From positions 1,623,642 to 1,687,641 of the forward strand of contig OZ241877.1 of NCBI GenBank assembly GCA_965203095.1: DNA of 64,000 bases. Direction: 5' to 3'. This document shows positions 18,908 to 26,322 of this stretch, piece by piece. This DNA comes from Bdellovibrionales bacterium. Its GTDB lineage: Bacteria > Bdellovibrionota > Bdellovibrionia > Bdellovibrionales > UBA1609. The stretch's first letter is position 1, and each line of letters begins with the position of its first letter. A model generated the notes under the pieces. The model saw only the letters and a program-made list of their open reading frames with translations, made no database searches and had not been told where the DNA came from. A program made the translations under genes and the position numbers.

Positions 18908-19876
18908 CTAATTTGTTTGTCTTTTTTGAGTCCCTTGATGGATTGCAATTTGAACCTGTTTGCCCCAAGATATGCCTTTTGTGTTCTCATACAACTTTAC
19001 AAACGGACTGATCCTAAAAAAACCATTGATTAAAATATAAGCTTCCCACATTAAATCTTGAAGTATCTTATCAGCAGGTTTGATATTTAACCCCAGATTG
19101 GAGAGCTTTTTTATTGATAAAGGGCGAGTATGTATCAAGTGCTCATCATAGTTTGAAAAGTATTTAACAGCTTTTTGTATTTTTTTATCTGCATTCTTTT
19201 CTTTTTTAAACATATATTTTTTTAGCCAATCGGTGACCAGCTCCCTTGATAACTTTTCTGAATCTTCGCAAAGCTCTAACAGTTCTAAAGAATATTTTTC
19301 AATAAGAGGAATATAAGGGAGTAAAGCTTCTGATCCCTCTTTACTTAATTTTTCTTTTATTTTTTCAAAACTTCTTTTAATAGCTCTGGCAGGTATGCCG
19401 TTAATCTGTGGGTCAATCGGCCCTAAAACCGCACAGGGGTGCATAATAATATTGTCGCCTGATAAAGCAAGCATTGTGGCGGCAGAATAAGCAGAATGGG
19501 GGATAAGAAAATTGACCTCTTCAAAATGATTGCGAAGAATTTCTACAAGTCTCTCAGTGGCGTCAGGTCGCCCTCCTGGACTGTGTAAAAGCACATCAAT
19601 GGCTTTATCGTCTTTTACAGAATTAACTAAATCAACCCAGCCTTCCACATCTGGAAAATCAATAAAATTAGGAATATTTGGTGGTGTTTCAAAAAAATTT
19701 GTTGCATACACTAACAAAGGATTTTTGCGATACTGCTCAATATCTTTATAGCAATCTTGACGAAGTTTTTGGATGGTATTTGCATCAATCTCCCCACCAT
19801 CAGACCTATTGAGGAAGTTATGCCAATCTTGAATTGTTTTAAATTTTATACGATTTTGTTGTTGGTGGGATTGCAT
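18908..19876 (-). CDS. SDH-family ClpP-fold serine protease
   Basis: IDVLLHSPGGRPDATERLVEIL...FLIPHSAYSAATMLALSGDNIIMHPCAVLGPIDPQ matches the serine dehydrogenase proteinase / S49-ClpP fold pattern. ATG 19876 is preferred; the track TTG 19945 lies just after an in-frame TAG. Confidence 0.8.
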   Translation of the reverse strand: MQSHQQQNRIKFKTIQDWHNFLNRSDGGEIDANTIQKLRQDCYKDIEQYRKNPLLVYATNFFETPPNIPNFIDFPDVEGWVDLVNSVKDDKAIDVLLHSPGGRPDATERLVEILRNHFEEVNFLIPHSAYSAATMLALSGDNIIMHPCAVLGPIDPQINGIPARAIKRSFEKIKEKLSKEGSEALLPYIPLIEKYSLELLELCEDSEKLSRELVTDWLKKYMFKKEKNADKKIQKAVKYFSNYDEHLIHTRPLSIKKLSNLGLNIKPADKILQDLMWEAYILINGFFRISPFVKLYENTKGISWGKQVQIAIHQGTQKRQTN

Positions 19877-20072
19877 GGTGATTGATTTCACAATTTTGAG
19901 TTGAATTGGAGCTGTATTTATATACCTGTTTTCTACCCATAGCAATATCTATTTTTTCTGAAATACCAGAAATTTCTTTATATGTCCTGTAAAATTCCAA
20001 GGCTTTGGCATTTTCATCCAAGACTGTCTTTGGCATAATCTGCTCAGAGAGCATTTTTTTTTGGTTTGACAT
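19839..20072 (-). CDS. small hypothetical protein (77 aa) overlapping the protease start
   Basis: Track ORF. It overlaps the protease ATG by 38 nt in another frame. A conserved promoter box lies about 86 nt upstream. No recognisable motif. Confidence 0.35.
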   Translation of the reverse strand: MSNQKKMLSEQIMPKTVLDENAKALEFYRTYKEISGISEKIDIAMGRKQVYKYSSNSTQNCEINHHAIPPTTKSYKI

Positions 20073-20157
20073 AACTTTATTATTATCTATTTACTACAAA
20101 AAATCAAAAAAAAACTATAAAAATTCTAAAAAATTCCTAAAAGTGTCATGAATCTGG

Positions 20158-20222
20158 TTTAATTGGTTCATTAGCTGGGAATGTCAAGCTTTTTTTAAAG
20201 TGCTCAAATATTCATGAATAAG
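20158..20222 (-). promoter_or_regulatory. conserved promoter box (about 65 nt homologous to 38729-38794) facing the small-ORF/protease operon
   Basis: The reverse complement reads CTTATTCATGAATATTTGAGCACTTTAAAAAAAGCTTGACATTCCCAGCTAATGAACCAATTAA. Compare 38729: TTAATTCATGTGGGTTTTAGAGCACTTGAAAAAAAGCTTTGACATTTCCAGACAATGAGCCGATAA. Confidence 0.45.
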
Positions 20223-20313
20223 GGTTTTTAGGCAAATTTTGTAAAAACCTGTTTTTAGTAGGACAGAAGTTCAATCAGGGATATGGGCAAAAAAGAGATA
20301 GCTCAAAAAGGGC

Positions 20314-20342
20314 TTTAAGTTTCCCGGATAATCAGCCGATAA
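20314..20342 (+). promoter_or_regulatory. sigma28-like promoter box
   Basis: TTTAAGTTT, 12 nt, GCCGATAA (20335-20342). The E. coli FliA consensus is TAAAGTTT-N11-GCCGATAA. Two hairpins and a T-tract follow rather than a long ORF. Confidence 0.4.
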
Positions 20343-20440
20343 AATAAGTGATAATAATCATTCATTATCCTTTTGCACAGGCAAAAGCCCTTTAATCGGG
20401 GCTTTTTGCTTTTTTGTGATTCATTTTGAGACAAAGCCTT

Positions 20441-20466
20441 TAGTTTTCAAATAATCGTCCGATAAG
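20441..20466 (+). promoter_or_regulatory. second promoter box immediately upstream of the pentapeptide gene
   Basis: TAGTTTT, 11 nt, CCGATAAG. The ATG 20472 lies only 5 nt after the -10-like element. Confidence 0.35.
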
Positions 20467-20471
20467 AAGGT

Positions 20472-20796
20472 ATGAAAGCTTTGGCTTTAATCCTCTTACT
20501 GTTTCTCAATTCTCGCTCAAGCCAAAGGCTTAAGCAAAGCGGAGCTGATTAAGAAAATAAGAAAAGGGGAAAAAGACTTAGCAGGGGCGGACTTATTTTG
20601 GGCAAACTTGATTGAGGCGAACTTGACAGAGGCGAACTTGTCTGGGGCTAAATTGTTTAAGGCAGACTTTTCTGGGACGAACTTGTCTGGGGCGGACTTG
20701 ACAAATGCAAAAATGAAAGGAGTAGACTTTACTTGGGCGGACTTGTCCATTGCTCTTATAGACTCAAAACATCTTCAAAGTCTCAAACACAAATAG
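20472..20796 (+). pseudogene. pentapeptide-repeat secreted protein, frameshifted between signal peptide and repeat domain
   Basis: ATG 20472 gives MKALALILLLFLNSRSSQRLKQSGAD*. The +1 frame continues AKGLSKAELIKKIRKGEKDLAGADLFWANLIEANLTEANLSGAKLFKADFSGTNLSGADL...IDSKHLQSLKHK*. It is homologous to the intact paralog at 56719-57216. Confidence 0.55.
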
Positions 20797-20902
20797 AGAT
20801 AGCAGTCGTGGCCTGTGCTCTGGGAGTTAGAGGGAATCTATTAGCCAATCAGAATTGGACAAGTCCGATAAATAACGAATAAAAATTAAATTTTATACCT
20901 GA

Positions 20903-21170
20903 TCAAATCCAGACAGTTCTTTCAGAAAAAATCAATCTAAAAACTACTCTCTTTTTTAGTTAGTTCAAACTGAAGTCAAAAAAGCTTCACAAGATGTCTA
21001 TATTTTGACAGTTATTGGACATATTTTTTATAAAAAAATTATTATTTTCTATTAAAAATCTTTTTAATAAAGAACTCCATAAAATGCTCTGGACCAAAGT
21101 TCTGTATGGAATAAATCTTGCTATGTCAATAAGGTATGACATTACAAGCATACCACAAACAAATTTTAAA
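20903..21170. repeat. right copy of bipartite direct repeat (X' 20903-20937, Y' 21131-21170)
   Basis: See 18728-18893. The X-Y spacers differ (91 vs 193 nt) and are not alignable by eye. Confidence 0.85.
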
Positions 21171-23691
21171 ACTTTCAAAAAAACCAGGGCATGAAACAGT
21201 CAAACACTTGCTTTGCAATATTTTAAAAGAAAAACTTGGTGCAACAGATGATGAAATAACTTTAGAGGCGAATCTTTTAACTTGCAGAGGTCGAATTGAT
21301 GCTCTATGGGGCCGAACTATTTTTGAAGTCAAAAGCGATCTCAACAGGGAATTGTCTTCTGCAAAATCTCAAATCAAAAAATATATTCAATCCAAAGAAG
21401 AGGAATCCAGAACAACAAGAGAAAAATATGTTGGAATTGCTACAGATGGACAAAAATACAAGGCTTATTTTCTCCTTAACAATGAATTGAAGTCAATCAA
21501 TGAGTTTGTTTTGAATAAAGATAAAGCCTCTGAATTTATCCAATGGTTAGAAAGTGTAATTCTTATCAAAAAACAGCTGGAACCGACACCGGAAATTATC
21601 TGTAAGGAAATAGGTCAAGGTAGCCCACTTTGCATGAACGCACTGATAAGGATCAAGAGTCTTTGGGCACAAGCCCAACACCGGCCGGATATAAAATTGA
21701 AATATGATTTATGGAAAAAATCTGTTGATATTGTCTATGGAACAGAGGGTGCGGATGAATCTCTTTTTGTTGAGCATACCTATTTGACAATTATTTCTAA
21801 AGCGATAGCTCATGTTGCTTTTTTCCATTCCTCTCCACCCTTAGGAAAAGCTCTCTTAAGTGGAAAATTGTTTAAGGAAGCCAGTATTGCTGGTATTATT
21901 GAGGATGATTTTTTTAGTTGGGTAGCCTTTTGTGGGGCAGGAAATGATTTGATAAGACAAATCGCTTTGCATGTTCACCGGTTTGACTTTTCTGTTGTTC
22001 AAGCGGATATTTTAAAAGGCTTGTATGAGGGGCTTATCCGGCAAGAGCAAAGGCACAAAATGGGAGAATATTATACTCCCGATTGGTTGGCTGAAAAAAT
22101 TTGCAAAAAAGCTATAAAAAAACCCCTCGAAAACAGAGTAATTGATCCAGCTTGTGGCTCCGGAACTTTCTTGTTTCATGCCATAAGGCTTTTAATTGCA
22201 GTAGCTGAAAACAAAAACATATCTGCTAAAGATACAATAAGCCTTATATGTGACAAAATTGCAGGGATTGACATTCACCCTGTGGCGGTTATTTTTTCCA
22301 GAATCACTTATCTATTGGCCATGTTGAAAACAATAAAAAAGGGCCGTCCTGATAACATGAGCATTCCAGTTTATTTAGGGGATTCGCTTCAATGGAGCAT
22401 AGATGAGGTTCTTGGAGAAAAGAGTTTGAGAATAACTGTTCCTGAAGATCAGCAGACGGGTGCACAAAAAAAACAGTTGATTTTTCCTGAATCTGTTTGT
22501 TTAAACAGGAGTCAGTTTAAAGAAGTTTTAGATAAGATGCGTGGATTGGCCGGAAAGCATAAAGAACCAGAGATTTTTCAGTCATGGATTAAACAACAGT
22601 CAATTAAAAAGGCAGAAGCTCAAACTCTTTTCGAAACTTATAAAACATTGTTAAAACTTCAAAAAGAGAATAGAAATCATATTTGGGGCTATGTCGCAAG
22701 CAACTTGGCTCGTCCGATATGGCTTTCTTCTGAAAAGCAAAAAGCGGATATTGTTATCGGAAATCCGCCTTGGTTAAGATTTAACAGTATGAATAAAAAA
22801 ATGCAGACAAGGTTAAAAGAAGAGTGTTTTTCTTTCAATTTGTGGAAGAGAAAAATAAAAAAGAGAGAAGGAAAATCAGAAGACAAATACAGACAGCGGA
22901 AGAGGAGAGAGGCCAAGTTTAGAACAAGTCAGGACATTTCCACCTATTTTTTTATTCGGTCTGTTGATTTGTATATGAGAGAAAAAGGATTGCTGGCTTT
23001 TGTTATGCCCTATGGTGTTATGAATGGAGAGCATCATTCTATTTTTAGAGAAGGATTTTTTGAAAGAGAAAGTGGAATCTCCATACATATTAAATTTGAA
23101 AGTGCATGGGTTTTTGACTCAGAAGTAAAAAACCTTTTTAAAGTTCCCTCATGTGTTTTGTTCTCTGTCAGAAAAGAAAACTCTGAAGAAAAACCATCAC
23201 TTCCCAAAATTTTGTGTTTCAAAGGAGTTTTGCCTCAAAAAAATGCCAGCTTAAAACAAGCAGTCAAAACTTTATCTCAAGAGAAAAAGGAATGGCCTAC
23301 TTTTAATGTTTATGATAGCCAACAATCTGATTATTATAATAAGTTCAAGCAAGGGGCCTCTTTAGTTCCAAGGAGATTTATCTTTGTTGAGAAGATCCAA
23401 AAAGGAAAGCTTGGGGGTTCTGCCAGTAAGCCTCTTGTCAAAGGGCTTACATCCAATCAGGATAAAGCCCCTTGGAAAGAGATTGAGCCTCCGGAAGGAA
23501 ATATAGAATCCCCATTTTTAAAGCCAGTATATACTGGACAGTCTATCGCTCCCTTTAGAGTGCTTAAGAGAAATTTGGCTGTAATCCCTTACATTAATGA
23601 GGCGGGGGTGATGAGTGCCAAGGAGGCAGGACATCAAGGTTGGACTGATTTATACTGGTCTTGTTTGAATTTTCAGGTTTCGATGACATGA
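21136..23691 (+). CDS. MmeI-like type IIG restriction-modification enzyme (nuclease + gamma-class m6A MTase + TRD); 3' end altered by IS insertion
   Basis: N-terminal GRIDALWGRTIFEVKS (D-x8-E-x-K; compare MmeI VDLFWPGILLIEMKS). MGEYYTPDWL, VIDPACGSGTFL (motif I), IGNPPWLRF (motif IV). The last 13 codons (YWSCLNFQVSMT*) are read from the IS end. Confidence 0.8.
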   Translation: MTLQAYHKQILKLSKKPGHETVKHLLCNILKEKLGATDDEITLEANLLTCRGRIDALWGRTIFEVKSDLNRELSSAKSQIKKYIQSKEEESRTTREKYVGIATDGQKYKAYFLLNNELKSINEFVLNKDKASEFIQWLESVILIKKQLEPTPEIICKEIGQGSPLCMNALIRIKSLWAQAQHRPDIKLKYDLWKKSVDIVYGTEGADESLFVEHTYLTIISKAIAHVAFFHSSPPLGKALLSGKLFKEASIAGIIEDDFFSWVAFCGAGNDLIRQIALHVHRFDFSVVQADILKGLYEGLIRQEQRHKMGEYYTPDWLAEKICKKAIKKPLENRVIDPACGSGTFLFHAIRLLIAVAENKNISAKDTISLICDKIAGIDIHPVAVIFSRITYLLAMLKTIKKGRPDNMSIPVYLGDSLQWSIDEVLGEKSLRITVPEDQQTGAQKKQLIFPESVCLNRSQFKEVLDKMRGLAGKHKEPEIFQSWIKQQSIKKAEAQTLFETYKTLLKLQKENRNHIWGYVASNLARPIWLSSEKQKADIVIGNPPWLRFNSMNKKMQTRLKEECFSFNLWKRKIKKREGKSEDKYRQRKRREAKFRTSQDISTYFFIRSVDLYMREKGLLAFVMPYGVMNGEHHSIFREGFFERESGISIHIKFESAWVFDSEVKNLFKVPSCVLFSVRKENSEEKPSLPKILCFKGVLPQKNASLKQAVKTLSQEKKEWPTFNVYDSQQSDYYNKFKQGASLVPRRFIFVEKIQKGKLGGSASKPLVKGLTSNQDKAPWKEIEPPEGNIESPFLKPVYTGQSIAPFRVLKRNLAVIPYINEAGVMSAKEAGHQGWTDLYWSCLNFQVSMT

Positions 23692-24789
23692 AAATTATCA
23701 GTAATAAGCATGGACAATTCAGCCCTGTATTTTCTAACACCTCTTAAAAACAGCATCAACTCTTTACGAAAAGTTTTAAGATCTGAAAAATACACATTAG
23801 CCATTGTCTTCTTCTTTACAAATTTCCAAAACCTCTCAATAGGATTCAAATTAGGAGAAAATGGAGGCAAATACAGCAAAGTAATATCCAAACTTTTCGC
23901 TAAATCCCTCACCTGAAAGGCCCTGTTATATGGTGCATTGTCTAAAACCAAATACAACCTTTTATCCCTCATAGGCTGTCTCGCCCTCACAGCTCGCAAT
24001 AACTCCTGCATTGAATTTTTATTAACCCTCTCACAGCTTCTACTGACAAAATCTAAACTATTTATCTCTATCGCACCATTTATATTCACCCGCTCACGAC
24101 CTGAATTAGTTTTAACCTTAAACTCCACCCCCTTCTTAATCCAACCCGATGATATTACAGGATTGAGCATAGGATGAGTTGAATCCGCAAAATACACTAA
24201 ATCACCTCTCTTTTTTATCCTGCGATATCTTTGAATAAACACCTTCTGCTTCTCAATATCAGCCTTCCCAGGCACACCCTTTGGCTTCTTATATGAAAAA
24301 TCTAACTTGTGAAGTAAAGCCGTCATTCCATTCACAGTATAAACAACCCCAAATGTCTTTTGAACATATAAAACAACTGCCTTTGTTGTGGGATATACCT
24401 TTGACTCCAACTCCAAAACCAGTTTCTTCCGTTGTTCCTCAGATAAATACGACATGCGACCTCTATGATCGTCATAAACCAACCTCGACAAACCTCCTTC
24501 TTCATAACGCCTTTTGCAGTTTCTGATAGTTCCTTCATCAAAAAATAAAAATCTCGCAATATCGGTGACAGACTCTCCACTATCCAGCAACAAAATAACC
24601 CGGATACGATCCGCTCGCCTACGATTCCTTTCCAAACGAAGAAAAGTTAAAAGCTCTGCTTTTTGCTTGCCAGTTAAAAATGAGTTCATAGAAACATATT
24701 ATAGAACATCCAAAAGATTTGGAAAACTCATAATGCCAAAAACTAAACCTTTATCAAAAAAACTTGATTTTTTAAATCAAACCAGTATA
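23651..24789 (-). mobile_element. IS630/Tc1-mariner family insertion sequence with TA target duplication
   Basis: TA (23651-52) TACTGGTCTTGTTTGAA... and ...TTTAAATCAAACCAGTA (to 24787) TA (24788-89). Imperfect TIR TACTGGT(C)TTG. Element of 1135 bp with a single transposase ORF. Confidence 0.85.
23673..24689 (-). CDS. IS630-family DDE transposase
   Basis: 338 aa. N-terminal HTH-like region (ESVTDIARFLFFDEGTIRNCKRRY). Acidic triad contexts VYFADSTHP, LVLDNAPYN, NPIERFW, with 34 residues between the second D and the E by my count. Confidence 0.85.
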   Translation of the reverse strand: MNSFLTGKQKAELLTFLRLERNRRRADRIRVILLLDSGESVTDIARFLFFDEGTIRNCKRRYEEGGLSRLVYDDHRGRMSYLSEEQRKKLVLELESKVYPTTKAVVLYVQKTFGVVYTVNGMTALLHKLDFSYKKPKGVPGKADIEKQKVFIQRYRRIKKRGDLVYFADSTHPMLNPVISSGWIKKGVEFKVKTNSGRERVNINGAIEINSLDFVSRSCERVNKNSMQELLRAVRARQPMRDKRLYLVLDNAPYNRAFQVRDLAKSLDITLLYLPPFSPNLNPIERFWKFVKKKTMANVYFSDLKTFRKELMLFLRGVRKYRAELSMLITDNFHVIET

Positions 24790-24824
24790 TGTTTATTATA
24801 ACAATGTTGAGAAAAAGTTTGTCT

Positions 24825-24843
24825 GAAAGCCCCTTGGGCTTTC
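24825..24843. other. perfect 8-bp hairpin just after the pre-insertion stop of the type IIG gene
   Basis: GAAAGCCC-CTT-GGGCTTTC. The native stop reconstructed at 24799-24801 lies about 24 nt upstream. There is no clear U-tract, so its role as a terminator is uncertain. Confidence 0.3.
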
Positions 24844-24892
24844 AAGCTCCCTTGCAAACGAGAATCTACATATCTTTCTTTGTGAGGAAGGA

Positions 24893-24960
24893 CAGGGATT
24901 CCTGGATTCCCGCTTTCGCGGGAATGACGGAGTCCGCGGGAATGACGAGTTTTTCACGGG
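24893..24960. repeat. ATTCCC-N-GGGAAT palindrome plus half copy plus a MITE terminus
   Basis: ATTCCCGC-TTTC-GCGGGAAT (24906-24925), then CGCGGGAATGAC again, then GTTTTTCACGGG. Confidence 0.7.
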
Positions 24961-25044
24961 CAAATTATACTGATCACAGTTGAAGTTTCCGGTCACAATA
25001 GAATAGAGAAGGCAGGAATTTTCAAACAAAATCGGTATAAGTAG

Positions 25045-26229
25045 TTAGTAAGTGACGATATGGCTTGCAGATTCTTTTTGCCTGGGATCTTGAACAGGGA
25101 TCAGAGGGTGACGGCTAAAAAAGTGAAATAAAGAGAGCAAAAAGATCCCTACAAAGCCGGCCAATAAGCCCAACTCCATCCATCCGAAACGGACATGCTC
25201 TGGATCCAGCTGAGGGTAGATCATCCAGTAAATGTCTGCATACTGAGTGATTAAAACCAAAGTGCATACAGGGATTAGTGCCCTATCATTCCTTTTTACA
25301 TGGCGAGGGAGTAAGCAGATAAAGGGAAGAATAAATTTAAAGAAAATGAGGAATAAAGACAAATAAACCCAAGGGGCTTTAGAGCGAATCCCATAATATA
25401 TTGCCTCTTCCGGAAGATTGGCATACCAAATCAGCATATACTGGCTAAAGGCGATATAGGCCCAAAACACAGTGCAACCCAAAAGAAATTTCCCTAAATC
25501 GTGAAGGTGATTTTCGTTTACTAATTTTTTATCTAAAACTCCTGTCCTTCTAAAATAAATGAGAAGCAAAATCAGCCCGGCAATAAAGGATTGAAAAAGC
25601 CCAGCAAAAACATAAACCCCAAAAACAGTGGAAAACCAATGCGGTTCCAAAGCCATTAAAGTATCAAAAGAGAAAAAGGAAAAGCTCAAAGCAAACAAAA
25701 GCAAAAAAGCTATAGAGAGGCGAAGGCTTTTGTGGCTGATGGCCTCCTCCCCTGTTTGATCTTGCTTTAAGGAGAGACGGTTTAGTTTTTGAGAGAAGAA
25801 AATCCATATCCCAAAAAACAAAATCAGGCGAACAAAAAAGAAAGTTTTGTTCAAGTAAGCGGATTTGTGTTGTAAGAGAGGATCCATAGCCACAATCTCT
25901 TTGTTAAACCATGAGTAAAGAACATCCTCTGAGAGCAAAAGAGGCAAAGCCAACAGGAAAGCTAAGGGCAAGTAGGCAGAAAAACCCTCCATTACCCGGC
26001 GAATGTTCACACTCCATCCCGCTTTAGAGACATGCTGAATGGCTGTAAAAAATAGCCCGCCCAAACTGAGAAACAGGACAAAAAGAGAGCTTGCTAAAAA
26101 ACTATGCCAAACTCTTTCTTTATCTAAAAGAAAACCTGCCCAAAAAGTAATGAAACCAATAAAAATCAAAATGGAAAAAGCGGTTTTTAACCTGTCAGGG
26201 AAAACAAATTTTATAACTGGATTTTTCAT
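25045..26229 (-). CDS. actF: Alternative Complex III membrane subunit ActF (quinol:cytochrome c oxidoreductase quinone-binding subunit 2)
   Basis: 394-aa polytopic protein on the same strand as, and downstream of, actA-E. N-terminal region ...LGGLFFTAIQHVSKAGWSVNIRRVMEG resembles ActF proteins as I recall them. Confidence 0.75.
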   Translation of the reverse strand: MKNPVIKFVFPDRLKTAFSILIFIGFITFWAGFLLDKERVWHSFLASSLFVLFLSLGGLFFTAIQHVSKAGWSVNIRRVMEGFSAYLPLAFLLALPLLLSEDVLYSWFNKEIVAMDPLLQHKSAYLNKTFFFVRLILFFGIWIFFSQKLNRLSLKQDQTGEEAISHKSLRLSIAFLLLFALSFSFFSFDTLMALEPHWFSTVFGVYVFAGLFQSFIAGLILLLIYFRRTGVLDKKLVNENHLHDLGKFLLGCTVFWAYIAFSQYMLIWYANLPEEAIYYGIRSKAPWVYLSLFLIFFKFILPFICLLPRHVKRNDRALIPVCTLVLITQYADIYWMIYPQLDPEHVRFGWMELGLLAGFVGIFLLSLFHFFSRHPLIPVQDPRQKESASHIVTY

Positions 26230-26322
26230 TTTATTCCTAAGTGCTTAAAACTCCCTTCCCTCCATGTTTTTAATAGAAATAGCAAATATAAATTATTTTG
26301 TCTATATCTTTCTCTATTTTTT

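Noticed and set aside
18859-19010. Short ORF starting at the duplicated copy of the R-M start codon (MTLQAYHKQILNNFNV...)
   Set aside because: It runs antisense into the 3' end of the protease gene and diverges from the R-M protein after 11 codons. It is a by-product of the duplication, not a gene.
20517-20750. Minus-strand 77-aa ORF across the pentapeptide pseudogene
   Set aside because: It is a reverse-frame artefact of the 15-nt pentapeptide periodicity. The same applies to 48671..49102, 48688..49080, 56712..57197 and 56837..57043.
20987-21344. Minus-strand ORFs 20987..21178 and 21126..21344 over the R-M promoter and start
   Set aside because: AT-rich with no motifs, and they overlap the supported R-M start.
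23710-24801. Plus-strand ORFs inside the IS630 element
   Set aside because: They are antisense to the intact DDE transposase ORF.
24789-25029. ORFs translating to ...WIPAFAGMTESAGMT... and ...SFPRKRESR...
   Set aside because: These peptides are simply the two-strand translations of the ATTCCCGC-N4-GCGGGAAT palindrome and MITE debris. No start context is present.
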